From a virus (taxonomy: Duplodnaviria; Caudoviricetes): a stretch of 64,000 nucleotides of DNA. This document shows, piece by piece, positions 20,074-30,061 of the stretch. The notes under the pieces were generated by a model. That model was not told the DNA's origin, ran no database searches, and was given only the letters and a program-made list of their open reading frames with translations. Positions within the stretch are counted from its first letter, which is position 1, and each line of letters begins with the position of its first letter. The stretch is from IMG/VR virus record IMGVR_UViG_3300009151_000001, positions 1 to 64,000 of that record; one strand, 5' to 3'. The translations under genes were made by a program, and so were the position numbers.

Positions 20074-20661
20074 TTGAAGAAAGTATTTAACAGTCCCGAT
20101 TTAAACGCGCCAAGATATAGACCCACAGAAGTTAATTTATGTAATGCTAAACATTACAAAATGTTCTTGGAGCAAAATCCTAAACACGCTAACATTACTC
20201 TTGATGAGTTTAAAAAAATCATATCAACGTTTAATGGAAACATTTGGAAAAATGTTATAGAAAGTAGAGATGGTATTGAGCTTCCAGAACAAGTGGGTTT
20301 TATATTTATAGGAACATGTCCAAGAAGAACAAAGATAAATGTAAACTTTACTAAATCTATTGAGCTAGGACAAATAGTTCAGTATCAAAACTGGGAAAGT
20401 GACAACTATACAGCTAAGATTTTTTATACAAACTTTGAAACTAAATATAGATTTAAAAACAATGATCTATGGGGTTTTGAAGCTGTAAGAAATTTTAAAA
20501 GAACCGTTGCTAAAACATATCCTGAAAAATGGAAACAATATATGTTAGTGGATGATTTAATCAGAGTGAGTAAACTTTTTAGAAGAAGTATAGGGAAAGA
20601 ACTCAGACAAAAAGAAACATTAGATATATTAAAAGATTACGATGAATTTAATTTAACATAA
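20074..20661 (+). CDS. IHF/HU-like DNA-binding protein (crAss-type), TTG start
   Basis: Helix-helix followed by GIELPEQVGFIFI, an HU/IHF-like strand. It lies upstream of the ring and muzzle genes, as in crAss-like phages. Confidence 0.5.
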   Translation: MKKVFNSPDLNAPRYRPTEVNLCNAKHYKMFLEQNPKHANITLDEFKKIISTFNGNIWKNVIESRDGIELPEQVGFIFIGTCPRRTKINVNFTKSIELGQIVQYQNWESDNYTAKIFYTNFETKYRFKNNDLWGFEAVRNFKRTVAKTYPEKWKQYMLVDDLIRVSKLFRRSIGKELRQKETLDILKDYDEFNLT

Positions 20662-20664
20662 GAT

Positions 20665-21339
20665 ATGCCAAAAAGTCTAATAGGTGATGTAGTATCGAGA
20701 ATACGTTCTCAAGTAAAAGCTGTTAAAACAGACAGTCTTCTTACAGACCGTGTTATATACACTTTTGTTTTAAAACACGCTAAGTTCCTTTTAAGACGAG
20801 AAGATTCTAAGAATAAGATAATGTCTATGACATCTGTTATTCAAACTCTTCCTATTGTAGATCTTATAGAGGTAGATAAAATTGAAGCTCAATGTTCTGG
20901 TGTAAGTTCTGATTGTAAAATAAAAAGAACAAAAGATAAGCTTCCTACATTTCTAGAAGGATACTACGGACCTCTTATTAGAACTGTTGCTTCTGTAGAT
21001 GGGTCAGAAGAGTTACAACCAACTCTTCCAAGTTCTTATTTAGCAATGGCTAATAGTAAAAACTTTAGATTTAATAAAACTAAATATTTTTGGTTCTTAA
21101 ATGACTATTTATATTTTCCTAACTTAGAATGGGACGCTGTAAGAATAGAAGGAATATTTGAAGAAGATATAAGTGCTTTTACCTGTGAGCCTGATGGTTG
21201 TATAGATAAAACAGCTCAACCTTTTAATGTACCAGATTATCTTTATAGTGAACTTGAAGCTAATGTTGTAAAAGACTTATTAGGTCTTTATAGTGTACCA
21301 ACTGATTCTACAATAGATAAACAAAATCCTTCTCGATAA
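20665..21339 (+). CDS. Tail ring protein
   Basis: 224 aa. YFWFLNDYLYF...VRIEGIFE(E)D is a crAss ring-protein signature. Confidence 0.65.
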   Translation: MPKSLIGDVVSRIRSQVKAVKTDSLLTDRVIYTFVLKHAKFLLRREDSKNKIMSMTSVIQTLPIVDLIEVDKIEAQCSGVSSDCKIKRTKDKLPTFLEGYYGPLIRTVASVDGSEELQPTLPSSYLAMANSKNFRFNKTKYFWFLNDYLYFPNLEWDAVRIEGIFEEDISAFTCEPDGCIDKTAQPFNVPDYLYSELEANVVKDLLGLYSVPTDSTIDKQNPSR

Positions 21340-22274
21340 TGAATACCGAATTAAGATACAAAACTTTTGATGAGCTACTTAATGAAGTAGCTTCAGATTT
21401 TAGAGCTTATAACAATGAGGGTATGATTGAACCTGGGCAACTTATTAAAGTTGCTCAACGTGTTTCATATGATCTTGGTTTAAAAATTCATGGTACTAAA
21501 GAAAAGCTTATAGAAATAGAATATAGTAAAACAAAACTACCAGATGACTTTTACACTTTAAACTACGCAATGTTATGTAGAAGTTACAGAGTAGAAACTC
21601 CTGTTTTACAGGGAAGACAAACTGAGAATGTTGTTTTAAATAAAAAGAATGTTTATTTAAACGGTGAGCTTTGTAATAAATGTGGATATGAACAACAAGA
21701 ATGTGGTTGTGAATCTACATATAGTGTACAATGTGAAACCGGTGAAAAGATATTTGTACAAGTTGTAGAAAAACGTAAAACAGAAACACGAGTATACGAA
21801 GAATTTGAAAGAGTGTATATATCAGCTGATACTGGTAAACTAGATGCTTTAGATAGAGTTGGTAGTTATGATGAGCACCAATCACAACAAAAGACAGCTT
21901 ATATAAAGAATGGATTTATATATACTAATTTCCCTCAAGGAAAACTGTTTATATCCTATCAGGGGGCCCTGGAAGATGACAATGGAAATCTTCTTGTATT
22001 AGATCATCCTATGATTAATGAGTATTATGAATATGCATTAAAACAACGTATACTAGAAAATTTATATATAGAAGGAGAAGATGTTGTACAGAGATTACAA
22101 CTTATAGAAACCAAACTAAAACAAGCGCGTAACTATGCGTTATCTATAGTAAACACTCCTAACTTCTCTGAGATGTATCAATTATGGCAGATGAATCGTA
22201 AAGCTCAGTATAGTAAATATTACGATATGTTTAAAAACTATCAGGTACAAACATTAGTGTTACCTAAAAAATAA
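21339..22274 (+). CDS. Tail tubular/ring protein (P22 gp4-like Ttub)
   Basis: 311 aa with KLPDDF, YIKNGFIYTNF..G...ISY and DDNGNLLV.D, directly before the muzzle gene. Confidence 0.65.
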   Translation: MNTELRYKTFDELLNEVASDFRAYNNEGMIEPGQLIKVAQRVSYDLGLKIHGTKEKLIEIEYSKTKLPDDFYTLNYAMLCRSYRVETPVLQGRQTENVVLNKKNVYLNGELCNKCGYEQQECGCESTYSVQCETGEKIFVQVVEKRKTETRVYEEFERVYISADTGKLDALDRVGSYDEHQSQQKTAYIKNGFIYTNFPQGKLFISYQGALEDDNGNLLVLDHPMINEYYEYALKQRILENLYIEGEDVVQRLQLIETKLKQARNYALSIVNTPNFSEMYQLWQMNRKAQYSKYYDMFKNYQVQTLVLPKK

Positions 22275-22280
22275 TAAGAT

Positions 22281-25200
22281 ATGCCAGATCAACAACAACC
22301 TATGGCTCCAGGTGGTGTTAACACATTCTCTAAAGGAATGGTTAAAGATCATAATGAAACTTTTTTAGGAGAAGGTATATATACGCACGCGCGTAACGCG
22401 GTGAATAATTCACACGATGGTCAGATTGGTGTAATAGGTAATGAACCTTCTAATTTTAAATGTGTCCAACTACCATACACTCTTATTGGTAGTGTATATG
22501 TTTCTGAAAGTAAATGGGTAGTGTTTACTACTGATGATATTAATTCAGAAATAGGAATATTTGATGAGAATCTTTGTGGTAGTGAATTAGCTTATCAAAA
22601 GTTAGTTAACTCATCATGTTTAAACTTTAAACGTACAAATCCTATAACCGCAATATATCGTAAAAGATATGATTGTGAAAGAATAATATACTGGGATGAT
22701 GGATTAAATCCAACACGTTCTGTTGATATAGATATATTAGATTATACATCATCTCTTCCAAATCTTCCTTTTGAATATACAGAAACTAATGTCAATGGTT
22801 GTATACTTAAAAAATATACTTCAACATTAGATTGTGAGAAAATAAGAATTGTTCCTCGTATACAACACCCATGTTTAATTCTTACTAAGGGTGTATCCGC
22901 GGGAAGTTTACCTAACGGATCATATCAAGTATGTATAGCTTATACAGTAAATCAGGTAAGAGTTACAGATCTTATAGGTCTTTCTGAAGTACAAAGTGTT
23001 TTTACACATGAGAATACATCATCTAGTCTTAAACTCACTATTAGTAATATGGATTCATCTTTTGATGAGTTTGAAGTTGTATTAATAGCTGCGTTTAATC
23101 AACAAACAGTTGCTAAAAGTATTGGCTTTTATTCTACTAGTCAAGGAACTATTCTTATAGATAGACTTGATAATGAGTTTGTTAATGTTCCATTAAGTGA
23201 GGTGGTGTTAAGAACAGAACCTGTAGAAAAATCTGATGCGATATATACACTTAATAACTATGTACTTAGATTAGGCGTATATAGTAAATATAAGTTTAAC
23301 TATCAGTTACAAGCTAATGATATAAAAGCTAATTGGGTTGTTGTTAAATATCCTTTTGATTATTATTCTAAAGGCGGTAATAACACCGGATATATGAGAG
23401 ATGAACAATATTCATTCTTTATAAGATGGGTTTATAATACTGGTGAGTTTAGTGAAAGTTATCACATACCGGGTAGAAAAGGATCAATTGATGAATTAAG
23501 TGATTCTAGTAGTTTAGATGCATTTGAATCATTAGAAGGTGTTATTATTAAAAAGTGGCAGATTGAAAACACAGCTGTTATAACATCTTCTACTCAATCA
23601 ACACTTTCTGATGGTGGTGTTGTGATAGCTAAAGGATTAATGGGATATTGGGAATCTACAGAAAAATATCCTGGAGATAGACCTGATATATGGGGACCGC
23701 TTTGTGGTCAAGCTATAAGACATCATAAGATGCCAGATGTATCTATAAGTGATATGTTAAATCATTTTAGTGATGATGGAGGATCTATAAATATATTAGG
23801 TGTACAGTTTGATAATATAGCACATCCTTTAGATCAGAATGGTGATATTATTAGTTCTATAGTTGGGTATGAAATATTAAGAGGATCAAGAGAAGGAAAT
23901 AAAACAATAGTAGCAAAAGGTCTTTTAAATAATATGAGAGAATATCCTATTCCAGGAAATATCTCTAATAAAGGATTAATGCAAAACTATCCATATAATG
24001 ATTTAAGAGCTGATAGTTATTTAACTACTGAAGAACAAGATGGCTATAATGGATCCGCTACACCTTCTAGTAGTAAGATGAGTGGATATAGACAAGATAT
24101 ATTTAGTTTTCATAGTCCTGAAGTCTCTTTTAGTAATCCTTATTTAAGTCTTAGTGAAGTTAAGGTGTATCAACAATTGAATGGTATATCTACAGGATCT
24201 TTTACCACTCCTTATAAACATCCTAAATTTAAAGTATTAACTGACGCGGACTCTGTAATAGGAAGTATAGTTGGTGTTATATCTGCTGCTGCAATATTTA
24301 CTAAAGGAATAAATATAAGTGGTACTAATGACAATCCTATAGGAATAGATTTAGGACCCCTTCCTCCGTTTCCTACAACATCATCAATTTTACCAACTGT
24401 AAGTTCTACTGGAGCACCTATAGTACCTACACCAGCAGCTATCGCTAGTGACTTAGCTTATATTGGTAACTTAGCTCAATGGACTGTAGAAGCTGCTGAA
24501 CGTATTATATTTATAACAACATTTGCTGAGTTACAGAAAGAAAAGTTTCTTTCTCTAATGATGATGTTAATACCTAAAGGACAGTTTGCTGCTCAATATA
24601 CTAGTCATGGATTCTACAATAAATCAGTAACAAATAAAGCGGGAAATATTCGTAGAAAAGTAATAGATGTTTCTTATGTTGGAAATGGTGTACAACAGTT
24701 TGGTGTAGGTCATCAAATAAATAATCTAAACAGAAGCAAAGTAGTGGTGGTAAAAACAAGTAAAACACTACCAAACCCAACACTTCAAGATAATAGTAGA
24801 TATACTATGGGTGATATTAATACAGAACTAAATGTAAATAATACAACTAATATATCATCTTACTATGGCGCTTTGAAAACAAGTCTTCCGTCACAATATG
24901 GTCAACTAGAAAGTATTAAACAACTTCCTATATCTACATGTATACAAGCTTCTAATCCTAAAAAGAATCAAGTTGTATCATCTGATGTTATGTTTGGAGG
25001 AGATATTTATATTAACCGTTTTACAGAAAAGAATACAATGTTCTTTTTTAATTCTTGGTTAATGGGTGAACCAGATGAGATAGAGTATGATTATACATTA
25101 TACACTAACGTACCATATCCTAGATTTTGGCTTAATAGTATTGAACAAAAACGTTCATTATTAATGACATCATCTAAATATAGAGTGTTAGATAAACGTG

Positions 25201-26903
25201 AATCAGAAATCACTTATGTAAGAAAAGGATATTTTTATTTATTTAATTCTGGGGTAAGAGACTTTTTTGTAGAGAGCGAGATAAATCTAGGATATAGAGA
25301 TTGGGATGATGATATAGCTAAACGACATTATGACCCGGCCAGATATACAGATCTTGTTTCTCTTTTTAGAAGTGATGTAATTAGAAGTGGTAACTTCTAT
25401 AAATATGATTATAGTCTTAGTATTTCTAAGTTATTTAATAGTTCTATATCGTGGGGTAATATGTTACCAAGAGATTATAATCCTACTACCGCATCTACAT
25501 GTTATGTATATAGACCAAATAGAGTAATATATTCTCTTCCGCAAAATGATCAAAGTAAACAAGATGCTTGGAGATTATTTTTAGCTAATAATTTTAAAGA
25601 TTTTAGAAGTAGAGTAACTTCTATAAAAGCTATAAATAAAACAGGAGCGTTGTTTATGATGAAATATGCATCACCTGTTATGTTTATTGGTACAGAAGAA
25701 CTTAAATTAGATGGTACTAATACAGCTGTTACAATAGGTAATGGAGCTTTATTTGCAAATAATCAAAACTTACAATCTACAGCTAATGCTGAAGATAGTT
25801 ATGAATATGGATCTAATCAAAGTAGATTCTCATCTATAAATACAACTCATGGTGTATTCTGGGTAAGTCAGAATCAAGGTAAAATATTTGTATACGCTCC
25901 TCATAAAGGAGAAAATATGGTGGATATTACAGCTAATGGAATGATGAAGTATTGGTTTGCTAAATATCTTCCTTCACAGCTTTTAAAAGTGTATCCAGGA
26001 TATATTCAAGATGATAACACTATAATTGGAGTTGGTGTACAGATGAGTTATGATGCTACTAATGAAATAATTTATGTATCTAAAAAAGATTACAAACCAT
26101 TAACAGACAAACTAACATATGATGTAAATGGTAATTTTTATAACAATGGACAAAAAGTAGAACTCACTGATACAACTTATTTTGAAGAAGCATCTTGGAC
26201 CGCGTCATTTGATCCTAAATCTAAGATGTGGATATCATTCCATGACTGGATTCCTACATTAACTTTAGCTGGTAGATTACATCTTATGTCTGTAAATAGT
26301 GATTCTATATGGATGCATAATGTAAGATGTGATAGTTATTGTAACTTCTATGGAGTAGATTATCCATTTGATATTGAGTTTGTATCATCTACTGGTCAAC
26401 AAGTTAACTCTGTAAGAAACATTGAGTATCTTCTTGAAGTGTATAAGATGCATAATGATTGTAGAGATAAGTTTCATGTATTAGATACAAACTTTGATTA
26501 CGCCATAGTATATAACTCAGAACAGATTTCGGGAACATTACATCTTAACTTAATGGATAGAAATAATCCATTAACTGTATTAGGGTATCCTAAAATATAT
26601 TCTGATCATATAGATATTAACTTTTCTAAAGTAGAACATAAATATAGATTTAATCAGTTTTGGGATATAACAAAAGACCGTGGTGAGCGTAATTCATCTA
26701 TAGATGTTCCAATGTTTAATACCTCAGCTAATGGATATGAGTATCCAATTAATCCTGAGTATGTAAATTATGATAAAGTTTCTTTAGAACGTAAGAAGTT
26801 TAGACACACTATTAATAAAGTGTTTTTAAGAAAATCTTTATCCGGTAATCAAAAGCTTCTATTTAAAATCTCTAATGTTAAAAATCTTAATTCTCCTAGA
26901 TAA
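22281..26903 (+). CDS. Muzzle / tail stabilization protein (P22 gp10-like Tstab)
   Basis: 1540 aa with NTFSKGM.KD, GNEPSN, IYWDDGLNP.R, GYMRDE.Y.F, FGGDIYINRF and W.SFHDW.P. Confidence 0.8.
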   Translation: MPDQQQPMAPGGVNTFSKGMVKDHNETFLGEGIYTHARNAVNNSHDGQIGVIGNEPSNFKCVQLPYTLIGSVYVSESKWVVFTTDDINSEIGIFDENLCGSELAYQKLVNSSCLNFKRTNPITAIYRKRYDCERIIYWDDGLNPTRSVDIDILDYTSSLPNLPFEYTETNVNGCILKKYTSTLDCEKIRIVPRIQHPCLILTKGVSAGSLPNGSYQVCIAYTVNQVRVTDLIGLSEVQSVFTHENTSSSLKLTISNMDSSFDEFEVVLIAAFNQQTVAKSIGFYSTSQGTILIDRLDNEFVNVPLSEVVLRTEPVEKSDAIYTLNNYVLRLGVYSKYKFNYQLQANDIKANWVVVKYPFDYYSKGGNNTGYMRDEQYSFFIRWVYNTGEFSESYHIPGRKGSIDELSDSSSLDAFESLEGVIIKKWQIENTAVITSSTQSTLSDGGVVIAKGLMGYWESTEKYPGDRPDIWGPLCGQAIRHHKMPDVSISDMLNHFSDDGGSINILGVQFDNIAHPLDQNGDIISSIVGYEILRGSREGNKTIVAKGLLNNMREYPIPGNISNKGLMQNYPYNDLRADSYLTTEEQDGYNGSATPSSSKMSGYRQDIFSFHSPEVSFSNPYLSLSEVKVYQQLNGISTGSFTTPYKHPKFKVLTDADSVIGSIVGVISAAAIFTKGINISGTNDNPIGIDLGPLPPFPTTSSILPTVSSTGAPIVPTPAAIASDLAYIGNLAQWTVEAAERIIFITTFAELQKEKFLSLMMMLIPKGQFAAQYTSHGFYNKSVTNKAGNIRRKVIDVSYVGNGVQQFGVGHQINNLNRSKVVVVKTSKTLPNPTLQDNSRYTMGDINTELNVNNTTNISSYYGALKTSLPSQYGQLESIKQLPISTCIQASNPKKNQVVSSDVMFGGDIYINRFTEKNTMFFFNSWLMGEPDEIEYDYTLYTNVPYPRFWLNSIEQKRSLLMTSSKYRVLDKRESEITYVRKGYFYLFNSGVRDFFVESEINLGYRDWDDDIAKRHYDPARYTDLVSLFRSDVIRSGNFYKYDYSLSISKLFNSSISWGNMLPRDYNPTTASTCYVYRPNRVIYSLPQNDQSKQDAWRLFLANNFKDFRSRVTSIKAINKTGALFMMKYASPVMFIGTEELKLDGTNTAVTIGNGALFANNQNLQSTANAEDSYEYGSNQSRFSSINTTHGVFWVSQNQGKIFVYAPHKGENMVDITANGMMKYWFAKYLPSQLLKVYPGYIQDDNTIIGVGVQMSYDATNEIIYVSKKDYKPLTDKLTYDVNGNFYNNGQKVELTDTTYFEEASWTASFDPKSKMWISFHDWIPTLTLAGRLHLMSVNSDSIWMHNVRCDSYCNFYGVDYPFDIEFVSSTGQQVNSVRNIEYLLEVYKMHNDCRDKFHVLDTNFDYAIVYNSEQISGTLHLNLMDRNNPLTVLGYPKIYSDHIDINFSKVEHKYRFNQFWDITKDRGERNSSIDVPMFNTSANGYEYPINPEYVNYDKVSLERKKFRHTINKVFLRKSLSGNQKLLFKISNVKNLNSPR

Positions 26904-27784
26904 TGAAAAAACTTCTTCCTTTTATCTCTGATTCTTTGGGTCCTAGTTGGTTAGATAAATACCAGGGGGGTGGTAATGTAAAACCATTAATAGGTTACAC
27001 ACCTAATGGTGATATCAAAAATAATATCAAAGTAATTCCTTCAAAAGATACTTCTATAGATGATGTAAATTATGTTAGAAATTATAAACAACCTTACGAA
27101 CCAACACAAGGTGTTAAAGATTTAAAAGCTAAACTAGCCACTTTATCATTAGCTACAACACCCATTAAAGAAACTCCTTTAGGAGAAGGTATAGATTTAC
27201 TTAATACTGTAGGTGACTTTTATACAGGAAGTAGATATTTAATGGATGGACAAACTAAAAAAGGATTTATAGATATAGGTGAAGGTGTATTAAACTTTAT
27301 TCCATTTATAAAAGGAAAAATTCCTACAGGATGGGATGCAGCTCTTACAAAAGGTCCACTTTTACCACAATTAAGTAGATTAGGTAAATCTTATAACAAC
27401 ATATTACATTTTTCACAAAAAGCCGCTGATGTAGATAATATAAAAGATGGATCATGGTTAAATAAATATGCTCAAGGTGGTACATATGGTGATCCTCTTT
27501 CTCCACGTATTATGAATCTACCAGCATCTTATAAAATGAATAGTTATGATAAAGGTGGAAATATAATAACTGATCCTATGGGACAATGGGCCCATCCTGG
27601 TTCTATTACACGTATACCATCTAACAATATAACAATGAAAGGAATAAACTATTCTCTTTTAGGAATCAGTAACACTGGTCATACACAGATGATGCATCCA
27701 GGTAAAGATTATAAGTTTCATGGAAGTAGTGTTACAGAATATCCTATGATGCAGAATGGGGGTTGGTTAGACAACTATAATTAG
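26903..27784 (+). CDS. Virion cargo/internal protein with GG-delimited modules
   Basis: 293 aa with three WL(D/N)(K/N)Y repeats, four xxGG motifs and a DPMGQWAHPG...ITMKG...VTEYPM module. Confidence 0.6.
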   Translation: MKKLLPFISDSLGPSWLDKYQGGGNVKPLIGYTPNGDIKNNIKVIPSKDTSIDDVNYVRNYKQPYEPTQGVKDLKAKLATLSLATTPIKETPLGEGIDLLNTVGDFYTGSRYLMDGQTKKGFIDIGEGVLNFIPFIKGKIPTGWDAALTKGPLLPQLSRLGKSYNNILHFSQKAADVDNIKDGSWLNKYAQGGTYGDPLSPRIMNLPASYKMNSYDKGGNIITDPMGQWAHPGSITRIPSNNITMKGINYSLLGISNTGHTQMMHPGKDYKFHGSSVTEYPMMQNGGWLDNYN

Positions 27785-27815
27785 TTAAACAGATAAATAA
27801 AGATTATATTATATT

Positions 27816-30056
27816 ATGAAAAGTGAATTTTTAAAGATAGCAAATGTAAAGACTCAGAAAGAGTTTTACGATAAATACCCTAATGAAGCTTCTTTTTTTG
27901 CGGCTCATCCTGAAGCTAAACATCTTAAAACTATGGCTAGAGGTGGAAGCGCGTCTGGTAATAAACAACAGCAACAGATTATGCAAATAATCCAAGCTTA
28001 CGCTAAAGCTTCTGGATCTGATCCTAGACAGATTATGCAACAGTTACAACAGATGCAGCCCCAACAACAACAACAAGCTTTACAACAAATGATGCAAAGT
28101 TTACAGGGTCAAGGTCAACAGATGATGGCTCAACAACAAGGACAGCCTCAGATGCAACTGGGTGGTGGTGCTTATATAACACATCCTCAAATGTTTGCTG
28201 ATGGTGGTAGTAACGATATGATTGGTCCTCAACAAGGGGACGTAACATATAGTAAATCATCTAATAGACCAACACCTGTAATAGGTAATCCAATAGTAAA
28301 TGCTAAGAATATAGTAAATCCTCAAAAAAATGTTTCTGTTGTAGACTTTCTTGCAGCTCAAGGGATGAATAAAACAGATTATGCTTCAAGAAAACAATTA
28401 GCTGAAGCTGCAGGTATAATTGGATATAAAGGTACATCTTCTCAAAATCTTCAGTTAATGGATGTTTTAAAAAATCATCCCAATATGCTAAATAGTAATA
28501 TAAAAGATCCTATAAAACATATTGCTAAAAGTATATCTAAAACTTCTATATCAACTCCTATTACATCGGTTTCATCTAATAATTTAAATTTTTTAATAGA
28601 TCCTAATAATATAGAAGATCGTAAAAAGATGATGGGTGTAAATAAACCTAGATCTACAACAAAAGAACCACCTTTTGGTATAGCAGCTGCTAAATCTATG
28701 ACTGATCCTGTTCCTTTTTATAGTAATGAATATTATAACCAAACATTATCTAAACCTATGACACAAGATGATTCCAGATATCTAGAATCTGGAATGATTG
28801 AAGATAAAAATAAAAATGAACTATACGCTATAAAAAACGGTAAAGTTGTTAAAACAATACCTGTGATGACTGGTCTTAATAAAAACGGAAATATAAATGA
28901 TAAAGGTTTAGCATGGTTAGAAGCTCATCCAGAAGAAGCTAAAAAATTTAGAGCTACTCCTGTTGGAAGTTACATATCTAAATCTAATAAAGATATATAT
29001 GGACAACCTGGATTTAATATGTTACCTATTCAAGCTTTTGGTCAACCTGCGCCAAAAGCTGTAGGTCTTGCACAACACGTTGTATATGGAGCTAATGGTA
29101 TAGATCCAGCTGAATATAAAAGAAGGATGAAAATAATGTCTGGACCAGGAGAACAACGAGTTGGTAGTTATGGTTGTACTAATATGAATGGTCAAGATAT
29201 AGATTGTTTAACTGGTCAATTATTTCCTCAAGGTGACACTACAATAGTAACTGATAGTAGAAATCCAAAAGACCAAGATTTTCTAAGAAAAAAATATGGT
29301 ATTAAAAAAATGGGTGGAGAACCTTGTTATGAATGTGGTGGATCTTATGCTGAAGGTGGTTACTATATGGGTAATGATGGACAAAGACATAAATCTACTA
29401 AAGCTAACTGGAGTGGTAACGCTTTTTATGCTGATGGTGGCTCAGCTCCTTTAGAATATCCTCATATGTTTAAGTATCCTCCTACATATGAAATAGGACC
29501 ACACATGGCTTATGGTGGATATTATCAAGATGGTGGTATGCAACAAGATCCATCTCAAGAACAACCACAACAAGGTCAAGGTGTAGATCCTCAACAGATA
29601 ATGCAAGAGATAGCTCAGAAGTTACAACAAGGTGAAGATCCAAATCAGATAGTACAAGAACTTGTACAAGAAGGTGTACCACAAGACCAAGCTCAACAAA
29701 TGGTACAACAAGTTGTTCAACAGATGCAACAACAAGCGCCTCCGGATCAAGGACAAGGTCAGCCCGGTATGAAGTATGGTGGAATACATATTAATCCAGC
29801 TAATAAAGGTAAGTTTAACGCAACTAAAAAAGCTACAGGTAAATCTACAGAAGAATTAACTCATTCTAAAAATCCTATTACTAAGAAGCGCGCTATATTT
29901 GCTCAAAATTCTGCTAAGTGGAAACATGAAACCGGTGGACAATATGGTGGACAGTATATGCAAGATGGTGGTATATCTATAGGACAAACAATGGATGTTA
30001 CTCCAGAACAAGCTCAATACCTAAAACAAATGGGTTATACATTTGAAAAAATATAA
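27816..30056 (+). CDS. Modular cargo protein: Gln-rich helices, DUF3597-like module, L,D-transpeptidase (YkuD)-like domain
   Basis: SRKQLAEAAGI.GYKGT..QN module, plus LYAIKNGKVVKTIPVMTG...TPVGSY...QH...SYGCTN and about 13 GG motifs. Confidence 0.65.
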   Translation: MKSEFLKIANVKTQKEFYDKYPNEASFFAAHPEAKHLKTMARGGSASGNKQQQQIMQIIQAYAKASGSDPRQIMQQLQQMQPQQQQQALQQMMQSLQGQGQQMMAQQQGQPQMQLGGGAYITHPQMFADGGSNDMIGPQQGDVTYSKSSNRPTPVIGNPIVNAKNIVNPQKNVSVVDFLAAQGMNKTDYASRKQLAEAAGIIGYKGTSSQNLQLMDVLKNHPNMLNSNIKDPIKHIAKSISKTSISTPITSVSSNNLNFLIDPNNIEDRKKMMGVNKPRSTTKEPPFGIAAAKSMTDPVPFYSNEYYNQTLSKPMTQDDSRYLESGMIEDKNKNELYAIKNGKVVKTIPVMTGLNKNGNINDKGLAWLEAHPEEAKKFRATPVGSYISKSNKDIYGQPGFNMLPIQAFGQPAPKAVGLAQHVVYGANGIDPAEYKRRMKIMSGPGEQRVGSYGCTNMNGQDIDCLTGQLFPQGDTTIVTDSRNPKDQDFLRKKYGIKKMGGEPCYECGGSYAEGGYYMGNDGQRHKSTKANWSGNAFYADGGSAPLEYPHMFKYPPTYEIGPHMAYGGYYQDGGMQQDPSQEQPQQGQGVDPQQIMQEIAQKLQQGEDPNQIVQELVQEGVPQDQAQQMVQQVVQQMQQQAPPDQGQGQPGMKYGGIHINPANKGKFNATKKATGKSTEELTHSKNPITKKRAIFAQNSAKWKHETGGQYGGQYMQDGGISIGQTMDVTPEQAQYLKQMGYTFEKI

Positions 30057-30061
30057 GAACT

